Shown: one piece after another, positions 36,571 to 50,763 of the stretch
Position numbering within the stretch: position 1 is the stretch's first letter
How the letters are laid out: every line of letters starts with the position of its first letter
Notes under the pieces: generated by a model
What the model was told of the DNA's origin: nothing
The model's database searches: none
The model's input: only the letters and a program-made list of their open reading frames with translations
Source of the DNA: Okamejei kenojei
Lineage: Eukaryota
DNA length: 64,000 nucleotides
NCBI GenBank assembly: GCA_035221665.1
Contig: CM069147.1
Span: 19,964,001-20,028,000, forward strand
Reading direction: 5' to 3'
Position numbers and translations under genes: made by a program

Positions 36571-37395
36571 TAGATTCTGTCTTTGGCTTCACTGCAACAT
36601 CCTCTCTCTCCAGCACTATAATATTCTGTTTCATTAATACTGATTCCCCCTTCTCCTTTCTTTCCTTTCCTATCCTTCCTGGACGCATAATGTAGGGATA
36701 TTTAATACTCACAACTGCCTCTTTTTGAGCCAAGTTTCTGTTATTTTCACCAAATTATTTTCCCACAGTTACCCAAGACCATAGTTCACCAATTTTATTT
36801 ACCGAACATTCTGTGCATTGACATACATGCAAATTAATTTCCATTTTCACAAACAATCTAGCGTGAACAGTCTTTCCGATTTCTTTGCACTTTTGCCTTT
36901 GACTTTCTCTTTCCTTACTCCAACCCTTTGCTTACACAAACCAATCCTTGCTTACTCTGCCCCTTCCCAATACATACAGATTATCATTATTCCTGTCATT
37001 TTCTTTATGACTGAAGGGTGAAGACACAACTGTAGGAAAACAGACAACATCAGTGGTCGGAGTGGAAAGATTAATTGAGTAGCAGAGCGTTTGATGGATC
37101 AAAGAGGGAGTTACGACAGGAAACTAGAGTGGTTGGAGAAATTTGGACTCGGTAAGAGTGGAAAGAAGACACAATCACCATGTCCAACTCATAGTGCTTA
37201 AATTATGCATCCACCACTAGTACATCCATACTATTCATCAGTTCAAAGCAATCCAGGACCATCCTGCTCTCTATTCTTTGCTATTATGGATTATTTCTAA
37301 AAGAAATCCAAATGAAGTTCAATAATGTGATGTTGCATTTGTTTTGCCTAATGTATAAATGTGGAAATGTAAAATACAGACTGTTAAAATAACCT

Positions 37396-37409
37396 GTTGC
37401 CACGGCAAC
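37396..37409. promoter_or_regulatory. RFX X-box motif
   Basis: GTTGCCACGGCAAC, one mismatch from palindromic GTTGCCATGGCAAC, in non-repetitive sequence. Confidence 0.35.
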
Positions 37410-37729
37410 TGATGACTTGTTTCTTTATCCTGCATACTCTACCATTTTCCACTGGTATATCACTGATTTCAGATTGAAATATATGGACAACCTTGAACGA
37501 TTTCTCATTCCGCATGTGTGTACATAAAGGACATTCGGCCCAAAGAGTCTATGCTGGCACTCGGAGTAATCCTATTCTTTCACCCACATCCCTGAACATT
37601 AGTTCTCTCTCAAGCTGCCTATTAACTCCCCTCATTCTCTTACCATCCACATACTAGTGACCCCTTTGATTCCAAACCAACTTTCTTAGAACCCACTTCA
37701 TAGAAAATCAAGCCATATCACCACTCAAG

Positions 37730-38570
37730 TTGAGTTTATTGTCATGTGTACAGGTACAGTGAGGTGCACATACACGTACAATAAAAAGGTAGTACCAGCA
37801 GCATCACAGATACATACACTCAGACAATACACATAACACATAAATTAGACATACATTATACAAAACAATTATAGAGATAAACAATGTGCAAAGCAAGACA
37901 TTAGTGCAACAACACAATTAGAAACAAGATCATGTTAATGCAAGAGGTGGTCTGTAGTGTTCCCTTGCTGAGATAGGATTAGGTGGTGCCGTTAGGTTCA
38001 AGAACCTGATTGTTGTAGGAAATTAGCTGTTCCTAAACCTGTTGGTGTGGGACCTCAGGCTTCCATACTTCATGCCCGAAGGTAGCAGCAAGAAGATGGC
38101 ATGAGTTGGATGGTGCAGATCCTTGATGATAAATGCTGTCTTCTTGAGTCAAAACCTCATGGCAATGTCCTGGTGGAGAGGGCTGTACCCCTGATGGACT
38201 GGGCTGTGTCCATACTCACTAAAGCCTCCTGCATTCCTGTGCATTGGAATTACCATATCAGGCCATGATGCAATAATCTGGTACTTTCTACAGTGCATAT
38301 GTAGAAGTTTTTTTTAAGTATTCAATGATATGTCAAATCCTTTAAACACCTTGGAAAGTAGATGTATTGTTATGCTTTCTTCATGATTACATTTAAGTAT
38401 TGAGCCCAGGACAAGACATCTGTGATGTAAACCTGCTAACTGTCCACTGCTGACAGACTAATATAAACTTGAGTGTGGTCTCCAGACTTTCCCTTTCTGA
38501 GATCAACGGTTAGTTCCTAGGTTTGTTGACGATGACCGAGAAGTTGCTGTCGCAGCACCACTCAATTAGA
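37730..38570 (-). mobile_element. Old Rex1-like LINE 3' fragment
   Basis: AGCTGTTCCTAAACCTGTTGGTGTGGGACCTCAGGCTT.. and TTTATTGTCA tail typical of antisense Rex-type elements. Confidence 0.6.
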
Positions 38571-38624
38571 TCTGAGCTGATCCTGAGGGATATCCATCCT
38601 ATTTTTACTATATCCTTGACACCA

Positions 38625-39290
38625 GGGGCACCGCACGATGGCTGCCTCGCCAAAGGTCTCTCTTCGTCTTTTCCTTTGTGTTTTTAGTTTGTTGTAAAAT
38701 GTATGTTTTAGTTTATCTTTAGTTTTGTATTATGGGGGGGGGGGGGGGGGGGGGGACTTTTTAAATCTCTTTGCACAACGGAAATGCGCCTTTTTCCGTG
38801 TCGTATATCCATCCGCACTGCGGCCTAACATCGTGGAGTTGGCAACCTCTTGTTTGGGACTTCTAGAGCTCCAAACCTGTGGATCCTGGGAACTTCAACA
38901 TCTTGGAGCGGGCGATCCCTTTGCCAGGGGTCTGCCTTTGGTGCTCCAACCTGCAAGATCTGCGGACTTTAACTTTGTGCTCCAAGCTGCAGGAGTTCAA
39001 CCGCTCCAATGCGGGATCTTAGACCGCCCCAATAAGGGAGCTCAATTGCCGGCTGCGGATGGTTCAGTTACCCGACCGTGGGAGGAAAGGAGGATAGAAG
39101 ATAAGACTTTATTGCCTTGCATCACAGTGGGGAATGTGGAGGAGCCGCTGTGGTGGATGTTTATCTCAGTTTTTATGTGCACGTAGTTTTTATGTGCATG
39201 TAGTGCAAACCAAATAATCATCGTATGTTGCAAACTACACCTGGCTAATAAACTACGATTATGATTATGATGATTATGATTACGATTGAT
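38625..39290 (+). mobile_element. SINE-like element with (GATTAT/GATTAC)n tail
   Basis: GGCTAATAAA followed by microsatellite tail; internal part resembles the reverse complement of ~25150-25390. Confidence 0.55.
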
Positions 39291-40524
39291 AACCTGTTCC
39301 TCATTAAAATATATTGAAATCAAGTCTTTGAAGTTTCATTTAACTCAGCAACTAAAAAGGATTTTGGTATGGTAAGGAGATGATTGAAAAGGAATATGAT
39401 GTGTCATTTACACAGACTTTCAGGCATGGATAGGTTTATTCCCCAAACAAAATACAAGAATGAGGAGAGAACATCTTCCAGATTTTTGCAATAATAAGAG
39501 ATTGATAATGTAGATATAAATGTCACTTAGATGGAATGGATTCCAAAACAATTATACTGTGAATTAGAAGACAGGTTAAATATCATCCCAATTGACATTG
39601 GTAGTGCAGTCCACGAACTGCTTTGAAATGTTCAGTGCCACTTTATGCCATACGTACTCACACAGTAATTTATGAGGAGAGCATTTTCACTGTGAGCACA
39701 TCTACATAATTCAAGCATATATATCAAGCAAGGAATTATATTGAAGAAAGTAAATTCATACGATGGTGAGTACTTTGTGTATTTGCAATGCTTGAAGAAG
39801 GGCGGTGAGTGCTGATTTTGAGCAAACAACAAGTGTAAAATAATGTATATGTGAAAATAGATCATTATTCATGAGATCGGTTCAGTTAATTTTGTAATCT
39901 ATGGTAACACTATGTAAAACATTTCCCTATATAGCATTGAAAGAGTAAAATAGATCACTCGTGCTTTATGGAGAGAGTGAACCTTTACAGGAGCAACAAT
40001 ACGCCAAGGTAAGAAAATGAACGAGGGATCTGCCACTTGCGTGAGCAATGCTCTATTATGTGAATTGACATCTTAGTTTTTGTTTCTTTTCAGTTAGTTT
40101 CTAAGATTAATCTATTACAGAAAAATAACTTGCCTGATTCGTGTGGATGCGCAAACAGAGAAAATGCTGTACTGTACTCATTTAAAAAAAAACAACCATT
40201 AGCACGAGACCAGGACAACTTTACTGCTGAAAGGAGGAGCTGCGTGGTTGATTGAAAATGCAGCCGTAAGTGTCTCAATTGACTGCTCCCGGTCGTGTAT
40301 AAAAGAAAGGCAGGCATTAGTGGAGTGGACATTTGGGAATGGTCTTTTTGGGAATGGCCATGTTCTGAGGTCCAAGAGTTATGTTTTGAGGGCAAGTGCT
40401 GGGGGTTTGGCTCAAGAGGCTTCGACGAGGAGGCTATAAAAGGTAACAGCAAGATAAGGTAAGGTCCCTCTTTTTTGTAACTCTTCTTTAGTCTTACTGC
40501 AGTTGGGATGGCAGTTAGAGCACT

Positions 40525-40661
40525 TGGGTGGGAGATTGCAACCTTCACGTGGTCCACCCTGTTTCGACTAATGCAATCAACCTGGTGTGCACAAACAGAA
40601 GATCAAACAGAACAAGTTGTCTTACTACTTTAGGCTGTGCACGCCATACGCAAGAAGAATA
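40525..40661 (+). mobile_element. 137-bp retroposed 3' end with (GAA)-type tail (RTE-like)
   Basis: 12-bp TSD AGTTAGAGCACT (40513-40524, 40662-40673); ends CGCAAGAAGAATA. Confidence 0.65.
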
Positions 40662-43417
40662 AGTTAGAGCACTAATATGCTTCTACTATAGGATGTGGGG
40701 AGTCAGGGAAACTTCCAGTCTCTGAAGACTACACCTGTGGGATGTATGTCCAGTGCAACTCCTGACTGACCACATGAGGGAACTGAAGCTGCAGCTGGAT
40801 GAGCTCAGGATCATCAGAGAGACTGAGGGCTTCATAGATGGGTTACAATGAGATGGTTACATCTCAGTGCAGGCAGGAAAAAGATGTGTGACAATCAGAA
40901 AATGGAATAGGCAGAGAGCTCAGGACTCCCCTGTGCCCATTCCTGTCACATAAATATCTTCTTTTGGATACCGTTGGGGATGACCGCTCAGAGAAGAACA
41001 GTGACAGCGGACAGGTCTGCGGCACAGATCTGGCTCTGAAACACAACAGGGAAGGGTGAAGCCATGGGAAATCAGTGATGGGAGACTCAATGGTGAGGAG
41101 GACAGACAGGAAATTGTGCGGCAGCAAGCGGGACTCTGATTATTCTGATTATGTGTTGCCTCCCTGGAGCAGGGCCTAGATTGACTAGGAGTTGCTGCAG
41201 AACGTACTCAACGTGAGGGGAAGCAGCCAGTAGTCATTGTGTACATTGGCACAAATGACACGGGTAGGAAAAGGAATGCGGTCCTGCAGCGAGAACAAAG
41301 GAAATTAGCTTGACATCAAGGAAGCCACACGCTGGTGAGGATGGGAACAGGAAGATAGGATAATTGATTGTGTGGCTGAGGAGTTGCTGCAGAGGGCAGA
41401 GATTGCAGGTGAGATCAAGGTGGAGGGGTTGATTTATTAATTAACGAGAAAATCGTGGCAATAGTCAGAGATAACAGTACCGAAAGATCATCTCGTGGGG
41501 TTATATGGGTGGACCTGAGGAATAAAAAGGAGATGATCAGCTTATTGAGATTATACTATAGCCCCCAAAACAATCAACATGAATTAGAGGAACAAATATA
41601 CGGAGAGAAATACAGACAGCTGCAAGACAAGTAGGGTTGTCATAGTAGCGGATTTAACTTTCCCAATATAGACTGGGACAGCCATAGTACCAAGAGTTTA
41701 GTCAAAAAATTCTGATGTAACTCAGCAGGACTGGCAACATCGTTGGAGAGAAGGAATGGGTGATGTTTCGGGTCGAGACCCTTCATCAGAAACCAGCATC
41801 TGCAGTTCCTCCCTACCAAGAGCTTGTAGATGGGATGGAATTGTGAAGTGTGTTAAGGAAAGATTCCTCGGGTAATATGGACTCTACAAGGGAGGGATCA
41901 CAGCTTGACTTACTTTCATGGAATTTGGCAAGGCAAATGATTGAAGTTCAGTGGACAAGCTTTTTGGGACCAGTGATCATAGTGCTATTAGCTTTAAAAT
42001 AGGTGGATGAGGAGAAGGCTGGTCTATAATTAAAATTCTAAATTGGGGCAAGGCCAACTTTGATGGTATTAGACAGGAATTTGCAAAAGTTGATTGGAGT
42101 AGGTTGTTTGTGGACAAAAGGGTGTCTGGGAAGTGGAATGCTTTCAAAAGTGTGATAGAGATCGAGATATGCATGTTCCTGTCAGAGTGAAGGGCAAGGC
42201 AGGTAAAAATATCAAACCCAGCATGATCAGAGAAAATGAGGCACTGGTCATGAAAAACAAAGAGGTGTGTGTAAGGCATAGGCAGCAGGGATCAAATATA
42301 TCCCCAGAGGAGTGTTGGGAATCAAGATGGCAAAAATGTGGCATGAGATTGCATTGGTACATAAGATTAAAGAGAATCTACAGGGATTTTATGTATATTG
42401 AGGGATAAAGGGCAACCAGAAAGAGAAAGAGCCGTATGGAACCGCAGGAGATGAGCAAGGTTTTCAATTATTATTTCTCCTGTTTTTGCCATGGAAAAAG
42501 ACATGAAATCTAGGGAACTTGGGAAAGTTAATGGCAATATTTTAAGGACAATCCATATTATAGTTGAGGAAGTGCTTAATGTGAATGTCGAAAAATCTCC
42601 AAACCTTAATCAGATACACCCAAGAACACTGAGAAGCTAGAAATGAAATTACAGGTGTCCTGCTATTATATGAATCATTCAGACATTGGAGAAGTACCTG
42701 ATGACTGGAGAGTGGCTAATGTTGTGCCTCGGTTCAAGGGGGGCTTCAAAGAAAAACCTGGGAACTATAGACCAGTAATCCTAATCCTGGTCTATGCTAC
42801 AAAATTTATCAGAGAGAATTCAGGATATAAGATATACATTCATTTGGAAAGACAAGGGGTTGATTAGGGTTTGGTCAGCATAGCTTTGTGTTTGGAAGAT
42901 CATATCACATGAGTTTGATTTTTTTTTGAAGGAGTAACCATGAAGGTTAATGAGGGCTGGGCTGTAGACTAGTCTATATGGACTTCAACAAGACATTTGA
43001 TAAGGTTCAATGTGGTAGGCTGCTCATGAAAGTTAGATTGCATAGGATCCAACGAGAGCTATCTAATTGGATACATAATTGGTTTGGAGACATGTGACTA
43101 GTGGTGCACCTCAGGGATTGATAATTTCTGGTGTTATCTCTATCAACCGGTTGGATGATAATGAGAAAGGCATGATTAATAAGTTTGCAGAAGACACTGA
43201 AATAGATAGTATCGCAGACAGTGAAGGTGGTTATCAAAAATTGCCACGGTATGTTGATCAGCTGGGCAAGTGGGCTGAAGAAATGCTAATGGCATTTAAT
43301 TCTGTTAATTGTGATGTGTTGCATTTTGGGGAAGTCTAACCAGAGCAAGAATTTCATTGTGAATAGTAGATCCCTGGTGAGTCCTGTAGAGCAGAGGAAT
43401 CTAGGAGCATAAGCATA

Positions 43418-44992
43418 TCAGAAAGTATTCAGACCTTCACTTTTTCCACATTTTGTTACGTTACAGCCTTATTTTAAAATTGATTATTTCATTTTTTTAA
43501 ATCAATCTACACACAATACCCCAGAATGAAGAAGTTAAAATAGGTGTTTAGAAATGTTTGCAAAGTGATTAAAAAGAAATAACTGAAATATCACATTTAC
43601 ATAAGTATTCAGACCCTTTGCTATGACACTCAAAATTGAGCTTAGGTTCATCCTGTTTCCATTGATTATCCTTGATGTTTCTACAACTTGATTGGAGCCC
43701 ACCAGTGGGAAATTAAATTGATTGGACATGATTTGGAAAGGCACACACCTGGCTATATAAGGTCCCACAGTTGACAGTGCATGTCAGAGCAAAAACCAAG
43801 CCATGAAGACAAATTAATTGTCCGTAGACCTCCGAGACGGGATTGTGTCGAGACACAGATCTGGGGAAGGATATAAAACAATTTCTGCACCAGAAGAGCA
43901 CAGTGGCCTCTGTCATTCTTAAATGGAAGAACTTTGGAACCACCAGGATTCTTCATAGAGCTGGCCGCTCGGCCAAACTGAGCAATTGGGTGAGAAGGGC
44001 CTTGGTCAGCGAGGTGACCAAGAACCCGATGCTCACTCTGACAGAGGTCCAGAGTTCCTCTGTGGAGATGAGAGCCTTCCAGAAGGACAACTATATCTGC
44101 AGCACTCCATCAATCAGGCCTTTATGGTAGATTGGCCACACGGAAGCCACTCCTCAGTAAAAGGCACATGACAGCATATTTGCCAAAAGGCATGAGAAAC
44201 AAGTTCTCTGGTCTGATGAAACCAAGATTAAACTCTTTGGCCTGAATGCCAAGCGTCACGTCTGGAGGAAACCAAGCACTGTTCAACACTTGGCCAAAAC
44301 TATACCTACGGTGAAGCATGGTGGTGGCATCATCATGCTGTGGGGATGTTTTTCAGCGGCAGGAACTGGGAGACTAGTCAGGATTGAGAGAATGATGAAC
44401 GGAGCAAAGTACAGAGAGATCCTTGATGAAAACCTGCTCCAGAGCGTTCTGGACCTCAGACTGGGGCGGAGGTTCACTTTCCAACAGGACAACGACCCTC
44501 AGCACACAGCCAAGATAATGCAGGAGTGGCTTTGTGACAAGTCTGTGAATGTTCTTGAGTGGCCCAGCCAGAGCCTGGACTTGACCCCGATCTGGAGGGA
44601 CCTGAAAATCTCTGTGCATCGACACTCCCCATCCAACCTGACAGAGCTTGAGAGGATCTGCAGAGAAGAATGGGAGAAATTACCCAAATACATGTGTGCC
44701 AAGCTTGAAGCATCATACTCAAGAAGACCCGAGGCTGTAATCACTGCCAAAGGTGCTTCAACAAAGTACTAAGTAAAGGGTCAGATACTTATGTAAATGT
44801 GATATTTCAATTATTTCTCTTTAATTACTTTGCTAACATTTCTAAACACCTGTTTTTGCTTTTTTTTTAATGGGGTATTGTATGTACATTGATGATTTTA
44901 AAAAAAATGAATTTAATCCATTTTAGAATAAGGCTGTAACATAACAAAATGTGGAAAAAGTGAAGGGGTCTGAATACTTTCTGAATGCACTG
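43418..44992 (+). mobile_element. Tc1-like DNA transposon, IR-DR type, inactive
   Basis: ~200-bp TIRs with inner/outer AAGTATTCAGACC repeats; right end GAATGCACTG-TA; transposase WSDE, TVKHGGG, FQQDND, WPSQSLDLTPI with catalytic E deleted. Confidence 0.95.
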
Positions 44993-45779
44993 TAGTTTCC
45001 TGAAAGTGGCATCGCTGTAGGGTGGTAAAGAACGCTTTTGGCGTACTAGCATTCATCAGTCAGGGAATTGAGCACAGAAGTTGGGATGTTATGTAACAGT
45101 TGTGTAAGACATTAGTGAAGGCATATTTTCCTAATATAGACTGGGACAGCCATAGTGACAAGAGCTTTAATGGAGTGGAATTTGTCAAGTGTGTTCAAGA
45201 AGATTTACTGGGCATTATGGAGGAGGCAAAGTTGACCTCTGCCTAGGGAAATGGATAGGTCATTGACTGAAGTAGCAGTGGGTAAGCCTTTTGGGACCAG
45301 CAACCAAAGTTCTATTAGCTTTAAAATAGTTTCAATCACGGCAGGGCCTATCCACAAGTTAAAGTTCTAAATTGAGCCTAGGCCAACTTTTAATTGTATA
45401 GACAGAAGCTTGCAAAAGTGTATTGGAGCCAGTTATTTGCAGTCAAAGGGATGTCTGGAAAGTGGAATGCTTTTGAAGTTTGATAGTGTGAGTTCAATGT
45501 CTGAATGATCCTGTTAGAGAGAAGGGCGGAACAGGTAGAAATAAGGAGCCCTGGATGTCGAGATAAATTAAAATTGTGGGTATGGTCAGGAAAAAGGAGG
45601 AGAATGGGTCAGGCTTAAGCAACTGGGATCAAGGGTATCCCTGGAGATCTATAGGGAATTGAAGAGCATACTAAAGAAGGAAGTCAGGAGGACAAAAAGG
45701 GGGCATGAGATTGCACTGGCAGATAAAATTAAGGAGAATCCGGAGATTTCATAGGTATGTTCTGGAGAAAAAGATGAGA

Positions 45780-46260
45780 GGGTATCCCCTACAACTCTCA
45801 CCAACCTCTCCAGATGCACCATAGAAAGCATTTTATCAGGATGCATCACAGCTTGGTTTGGGAACAGCTCCATCCAAGACCACAAGAAATTGCAGCAAAT
45901 TGTGGATGCAGCCCAGACCATCACACAAACCAACCTCGATTCTATTGAGTCTATTGACCAGCAGAATAAGACGGGTCGCACCCTGATCACTCCCTCTTCT
46001 CCCCTCTCCACAGTTTCTTCCCAGCTGCTATAAGTCAACGGAATCATCCTACCACAACCAGAGGGCAATGCTAAACTACTATCTACCTCTTTGACTCTCC
46101 TTGGTCGGACATTTCTGGCTTTACCTTCCACTAAACGTCATTCCCTTATCATGTATGTATAAATTGTAAATGGATCGATTGCAATCATGTATTGACTCTG
46201 CTCTCTGGTCAGCACGCAGCAAAAGCTTTTCACTGTACCTCATGACAATAAACTAAACTG
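45780..46260 (+). mobile_element. Rex1/Babar 3' fragment nested in CR1
   Basis: Same family as 11770-11910; ends GACAATAAACTAAACTG. Confidence 0.7.
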
Positions 46261-47193
46261 GAATAGGGCCGCTCAGAAATTAAAGGAGTCATCTATGTGT
46301 GGAGATGCAAGGTCCTCAATGAATATTTTTCCTCTGTTTTAACCACAGAAAAAGACATGAAGGCTAGTGAACTTGACAAAATTAATAATAATGTCTTGAG
46401 GACAGAAAAAGCTAGAGTAGCTCAGTGTGTAATGCAGTTGAGGAAGTGCTGGACTTTCCAAGATGTATGAAGATAGATATATCTCCTGAGCCTGATCAGA
46501 TATATAAAAGGACACTGGAAAACTAGAGAAGAAATTGCAGACGTTGTGGGTGGGATGTCTGAATCATTACTAGACATGGGAGAGGAGTCAGAAGGCTGAA
46601 GGGTTGCTAATGATGTGCCTCTGTTTAAGAGGGGCTGCATAGGAAAATGTGGGAACTGTAGACCTATAAGCCTAACAACTGTGGCATGAATGTTGCTGGA
46701 GTGGATTCTGAGGGATAAGATACATATACATTCATTTGTAAAGAGGGGTTGATTAGGGATAGTCAGTACAGCTTTGTACAAGCGAGAATGTGACTTACGA
46801 ATTTGATTGCATTTTTGTACATGTAACCAAGAGCGTTGATGACAGAAGAGGTGTAGACGTAGTCTATATGGACTTCTGCAAGCCCTTTGATAAGGTTCGA
46901 CATGGTAGGCTGCTCTGGAAGGTCATATCGCTTAGAACTATCTAATCAGAGACAGAATTGGCTTCATGGTAGGAAGCAGTAGGTGGTAGTGGAAAGTTGT
47001 TTTCTGGACTGGAGCCCTGTGACTAGTGGGCTTCAGGGATTGGTGCCCGGGCAATTTCTGTTTGTCATCTATATCAACAATTTGGACGAGAATGAAAAAG
47101 ACATGACTAGTAAGTTTACAGATTACACTAAAATAGGTGGTAGCAGTTGACACTGAAACAGTGCAGATGGCAGAGTCTTGATCACCTGGGTAA

Positions 47194-47670
47194 AGGGGCT
47201 GTCCCACTTGGGTGACCTAATTGGCAAGTTTAGAAGAGTTTGAAAAAAATGTAGACAATCTCCTTCGACTATGTAGAAGACCACCTTCGACCATGTTGAA
47301 GACCAGCTACGACTAACTTCGGGAAAATTGGACACCGAATAGTGGAGAGTGAAGACGACCTCCCTTCGACTATGATGAAGACTACCCTCGATTACCTACG
47401 ACTAACATGCTGACCTACAACGACCTATTACGACTAAACCTACGAGTAAAATAAGTATTTTTTTTTCCCCATGGCAACCTTTTTTTACTCGCAGGCATTA
47501 TTTTAACATTTAAGAAAAAGCCGCAGCCTAGCTGAGGCCTCGAGTACACGGAGATCACTCTCGAGCATGAAGGAGAGTTATGAAGACCTCCAACGACCTC
47601 GTGTCGACCATGCTGCGAGTAAAATCGAGGGCGAACTCGCGCATTAGGTCGCCCAAGTGGGACAGACCCT
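47194..47670. mobile_element. PIF/Harbinger (Tourist-like) MITE
   Basis: 28-bp TIRs (26/28) AGGG(G/T)CTGTCCCACTTGGG(T/C)GACCTAAT; TAA TSD 47191-47193 and 47671-47673; host CR1 rejoins. Confidence 0.88.
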
Positions 47671-48246
47671 TAAGTGAACCAAGGAATGGCTAATGGAGTT
47701 TAATTCCGATAAATGTGAGATGATGCATTTTGGGAAAGTCAAACCAGAACAGGATTGTCACATTGAGCGGTAGGTCCCTGGTGAGTGTTGTAGAGCAGAG
47801 GAATCTTGGAGAACAAGTACAAAGTTCCTTGAAAGTGGTATCACCGATAGATAAGATGGTAAAGAAGGCTTTTAGCACACTGGCCTTCATCAGTCGGGGA
47901 ATATAGAAGTTGGGACATTATGCAACAGTTGTACAGGATGTCAGTGAGGGCACTCATTGAGCATTGTGTTCAGTTTTGGTTACCCTGCTATGGAAAAAAA
48001 TAAATTAAGAAAGAATGCAGAGATTTGCAAGGATGTTGCCAGGACTTGAGGGCCTGAGCTGTAGGGAGATGTTGGGCAGGCCAGGACTTTATTCCTTAGA
48101 GTGCAGGAGGCTGAGAGTGATCTTATAGAGATGTATAAAGTCATAAGCGGAATATCCAAGATGAATGCAGAGTGGTGGATATAAAAATTACAGCAGAATC
48201 TTGATCAAGTGGGCGAAGGAATGGCTAATGAGCTGGCAGAGGAAGT

Positions 48247-50690
48247 AGACAATAAACAATAGGTGCAGGAGTAGGCCATTCGGCCCTTCGAGGCAGCACC
48301 GCCATTCAATGTGATCATGGCTGATCATCCCCAATCAGTACCCTGTTCCTGCCTTCTCCCCATATCCCCTGACACCACCAAGGAGCGTTAAGAGCCCTAT
48401 CTAGCTCTCTATTGAAAGTATCAAGAGTATCCTGGGAATTAACCTTGTAAACCTATGCTGCACTGCCTCAATAGCATGAATGTTCTTCCTCAAATTCGGG
48501 GACCAAAACTGCACACAATACTCCAGGTGTAGTCTCACTAGGGCCCTGTACAACTGCAGAAGAACCTATTTGCTCCTATACTCGACGACTCTTGTTATAA
48601 AGGCCAGCATGCCATTCGCTTTCTTCACTGCCTGCTGTATCTGCATGCATACTTTCATAGACTGATGAACAAGGACCCCCAGATCCCGTTGTATTTCCCC
48701 TTTTCCCAACTTGACACCATTTAGATAGTAATCTGCCTTCCTGTTTTTGATACCAAAGTGGATAACCTCACATTTATCCACATTAAACTTCATCTGCCAT
48801 GCATCTGCCCACTCCCCCAACCTGTCCAAGTCACCCTGCATTCTCATAGCATCCTCCTCACAGTTCACACTGCCACCCAACTTTGTGTCATCTGCAAATT
48901 TGCTAATGTTACTTTGAATCCCTTCATCCAAATCATTGATGTATATTGTAAATAGCTGCGGTCCCAGCACCAAGCCTTGCGGTATCCCACTAGTCACTGC
49001 CTGTCATTCTGAAAGAGACCCGTTAATCCCTACTCTTTGTTTCCTATCTGCCAACCAATTTTCTATCCATGTCAGTACTCTACCCCCAATACCATGTGCC
49101 CTAATTTTGCCCACTAATCTCCTATGTGGGACCTTATCAAATGCTTTCTGAAAGTCCAGGTACACTACATCCACTGGCTCTACCTTGTCCATTTTCCTAG
49201 TTACATCCTCAAAACATTCCAGAAGATTAGTCGAGCATGATTTCCCCTTAGTAAATTCATGCTGACTCAGACCGATCCTGTTACTGCTATCCAAATGTGG
49301 GGCTATTTCATTTTTATAATTGACTCCAGCATCTTCCCCACCACCGATGTCAGGCTAACTGGTCTATAATTCCCTGTTTTGTCTCTCCCACCTTTCTTGA
49401 AAAGTGGGATAACATTAGCTACCCTCCAATCCACAGGTACTGATCCTAAGTCTATAGAACATTGGAAAATCATTACCAATGCATCCACGATTTCTAGAGC
49501 CACTTCCTTAACTACCCTGGGATGCAGATCATCAGGCCCCGGGGATTGATCAGCTTTCAGTCCCATCAGTCCAACACCATTTCCTGCCTAATGTGGATTT
49601 CCTTCAGTTCCTCCTTCACCCCAGATCCTCTGGCCACTACTATATCAGGAAGATTGTTTGTGTCCTCCTTAGTGAAGACGCATCCAAAGTGATTGTTCAA
49701 CTTATCTGCCATTTCCTTGTTCCTCATAATAAATTCACCTTTTTCAGTCTTAAAGGGTCCAACTTTGGTCTTAACTAATGTTTTCCTCTTCAATTACCTA
49801 AAGAAGCTTTTACTATCCTCCTTTATATTCTTGGCTAGCTTACCTTCGTACCTCATCTTTTCCCCCCATATTGTCTTTTTAGTTACTTTCTGTTGTTCTT
49901 TAAACATTACCCAATCCTCTTGCTTCCCGTTCATCTTTGCTACGTTGTACTTCTCTTTTATTTTTATACTGTCCCTGACGTACCTTGTCAACCACAGTAG
50001 CCCCTTACTCTCCTTGGAATCTTTCTTCCTCCTAGGAACTGATCCTGCACATTCTGTATTATTCCTAGAAATACCTGTCATTGTTGTTCCACTGTCATCC
50101 CTACTAGGGTATCTTTCCAGTCAACTTTGGCCAGCTCCTCCCTCATGGCCCCTAGTCCCCTTTATTCAACTGTAATACTGACACCTCCGATCTACCCTTC
50201 TCCCTCTCCAAATGTAGATTAAACCTGACCATATTATGGTCACTACCTCCTAATGGCTCATTAACCTCAAGTTCCTTTATCAAATCCGGTTCATTACATA
50301 ACACTAAATCCAGAATTGCCTTCTCCCTGGTAGGATCCAAAACAAGCTGTTCTAAGAATCCATCACAAAGGCTCTCTACAAAGTCCCTTTCTTGGGGTTC
50401 AGTACCAACCTGATTTTCGCAGTCTACCTGCATGTTGAAATCTCCCATAACAACCACAGCATTTCCTTTGCTACATGCCCATTTTAACTCCTGATTCAAC
50501 TTGCGAATACCAGACTTGATTGGAATATGAATACAGGAGGAACGTAGAGCTGTGCCACTATGAATAATACTACCTATGTCCAGGCTACTGTTTTGGGGCC
50601 TGTAGATATCCCATTAGGGTCTTTTTACCTTTACAATTCCTTAGTTCTATCCATACTGACTCCACATCTCCTGTATTAATGTCACCCCTT
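48247..50690 (-). mobile_element. Younger CR1, endonuclease to RT, internally deleted near 3' end
   Basis: VVMGDFN, GGSDHN, YLDFQKAFDKVPH, GIPQG, KFADDTK. Confidence 0.93.
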
Positions 50691-50763
50691 GTAGTTGTAG
50701 AAGGTACAATAACAATATTTTAAATGACATTTGGACAGGTACTTGTATATGAAAGGTTTAGAG

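Larger units (their letters stand above)
40250..45122 (+). mobile_element. Long degenerate CR1 including ORF1 (zinc finger/leucine zipper + SGNH esterase) and ORF2, interrupted by nested elements
   Basis: ELKLQLDELRII, VMGDSMVRRTDR, HIGTND (ORF1); VPDDWRVANVVP.FK, KFAEDT (ORF2). Confidence 0.8.
45123..48240 (+). mobile_element. Second degenerate CR1 ORF2 copy, tandem to the first
   Basis: Restarts at CCTAATATAGACTGGGACAGCCATAG (cf. 41662); RT remnants to ~48170. Confidence 0.75.

Noticed and set aside
39968-40014. Short ATG-led segment with donor AAG/GTAAGA
   Set aside because: Donor alone is insufficient; no recognisable peptide or good acceptor
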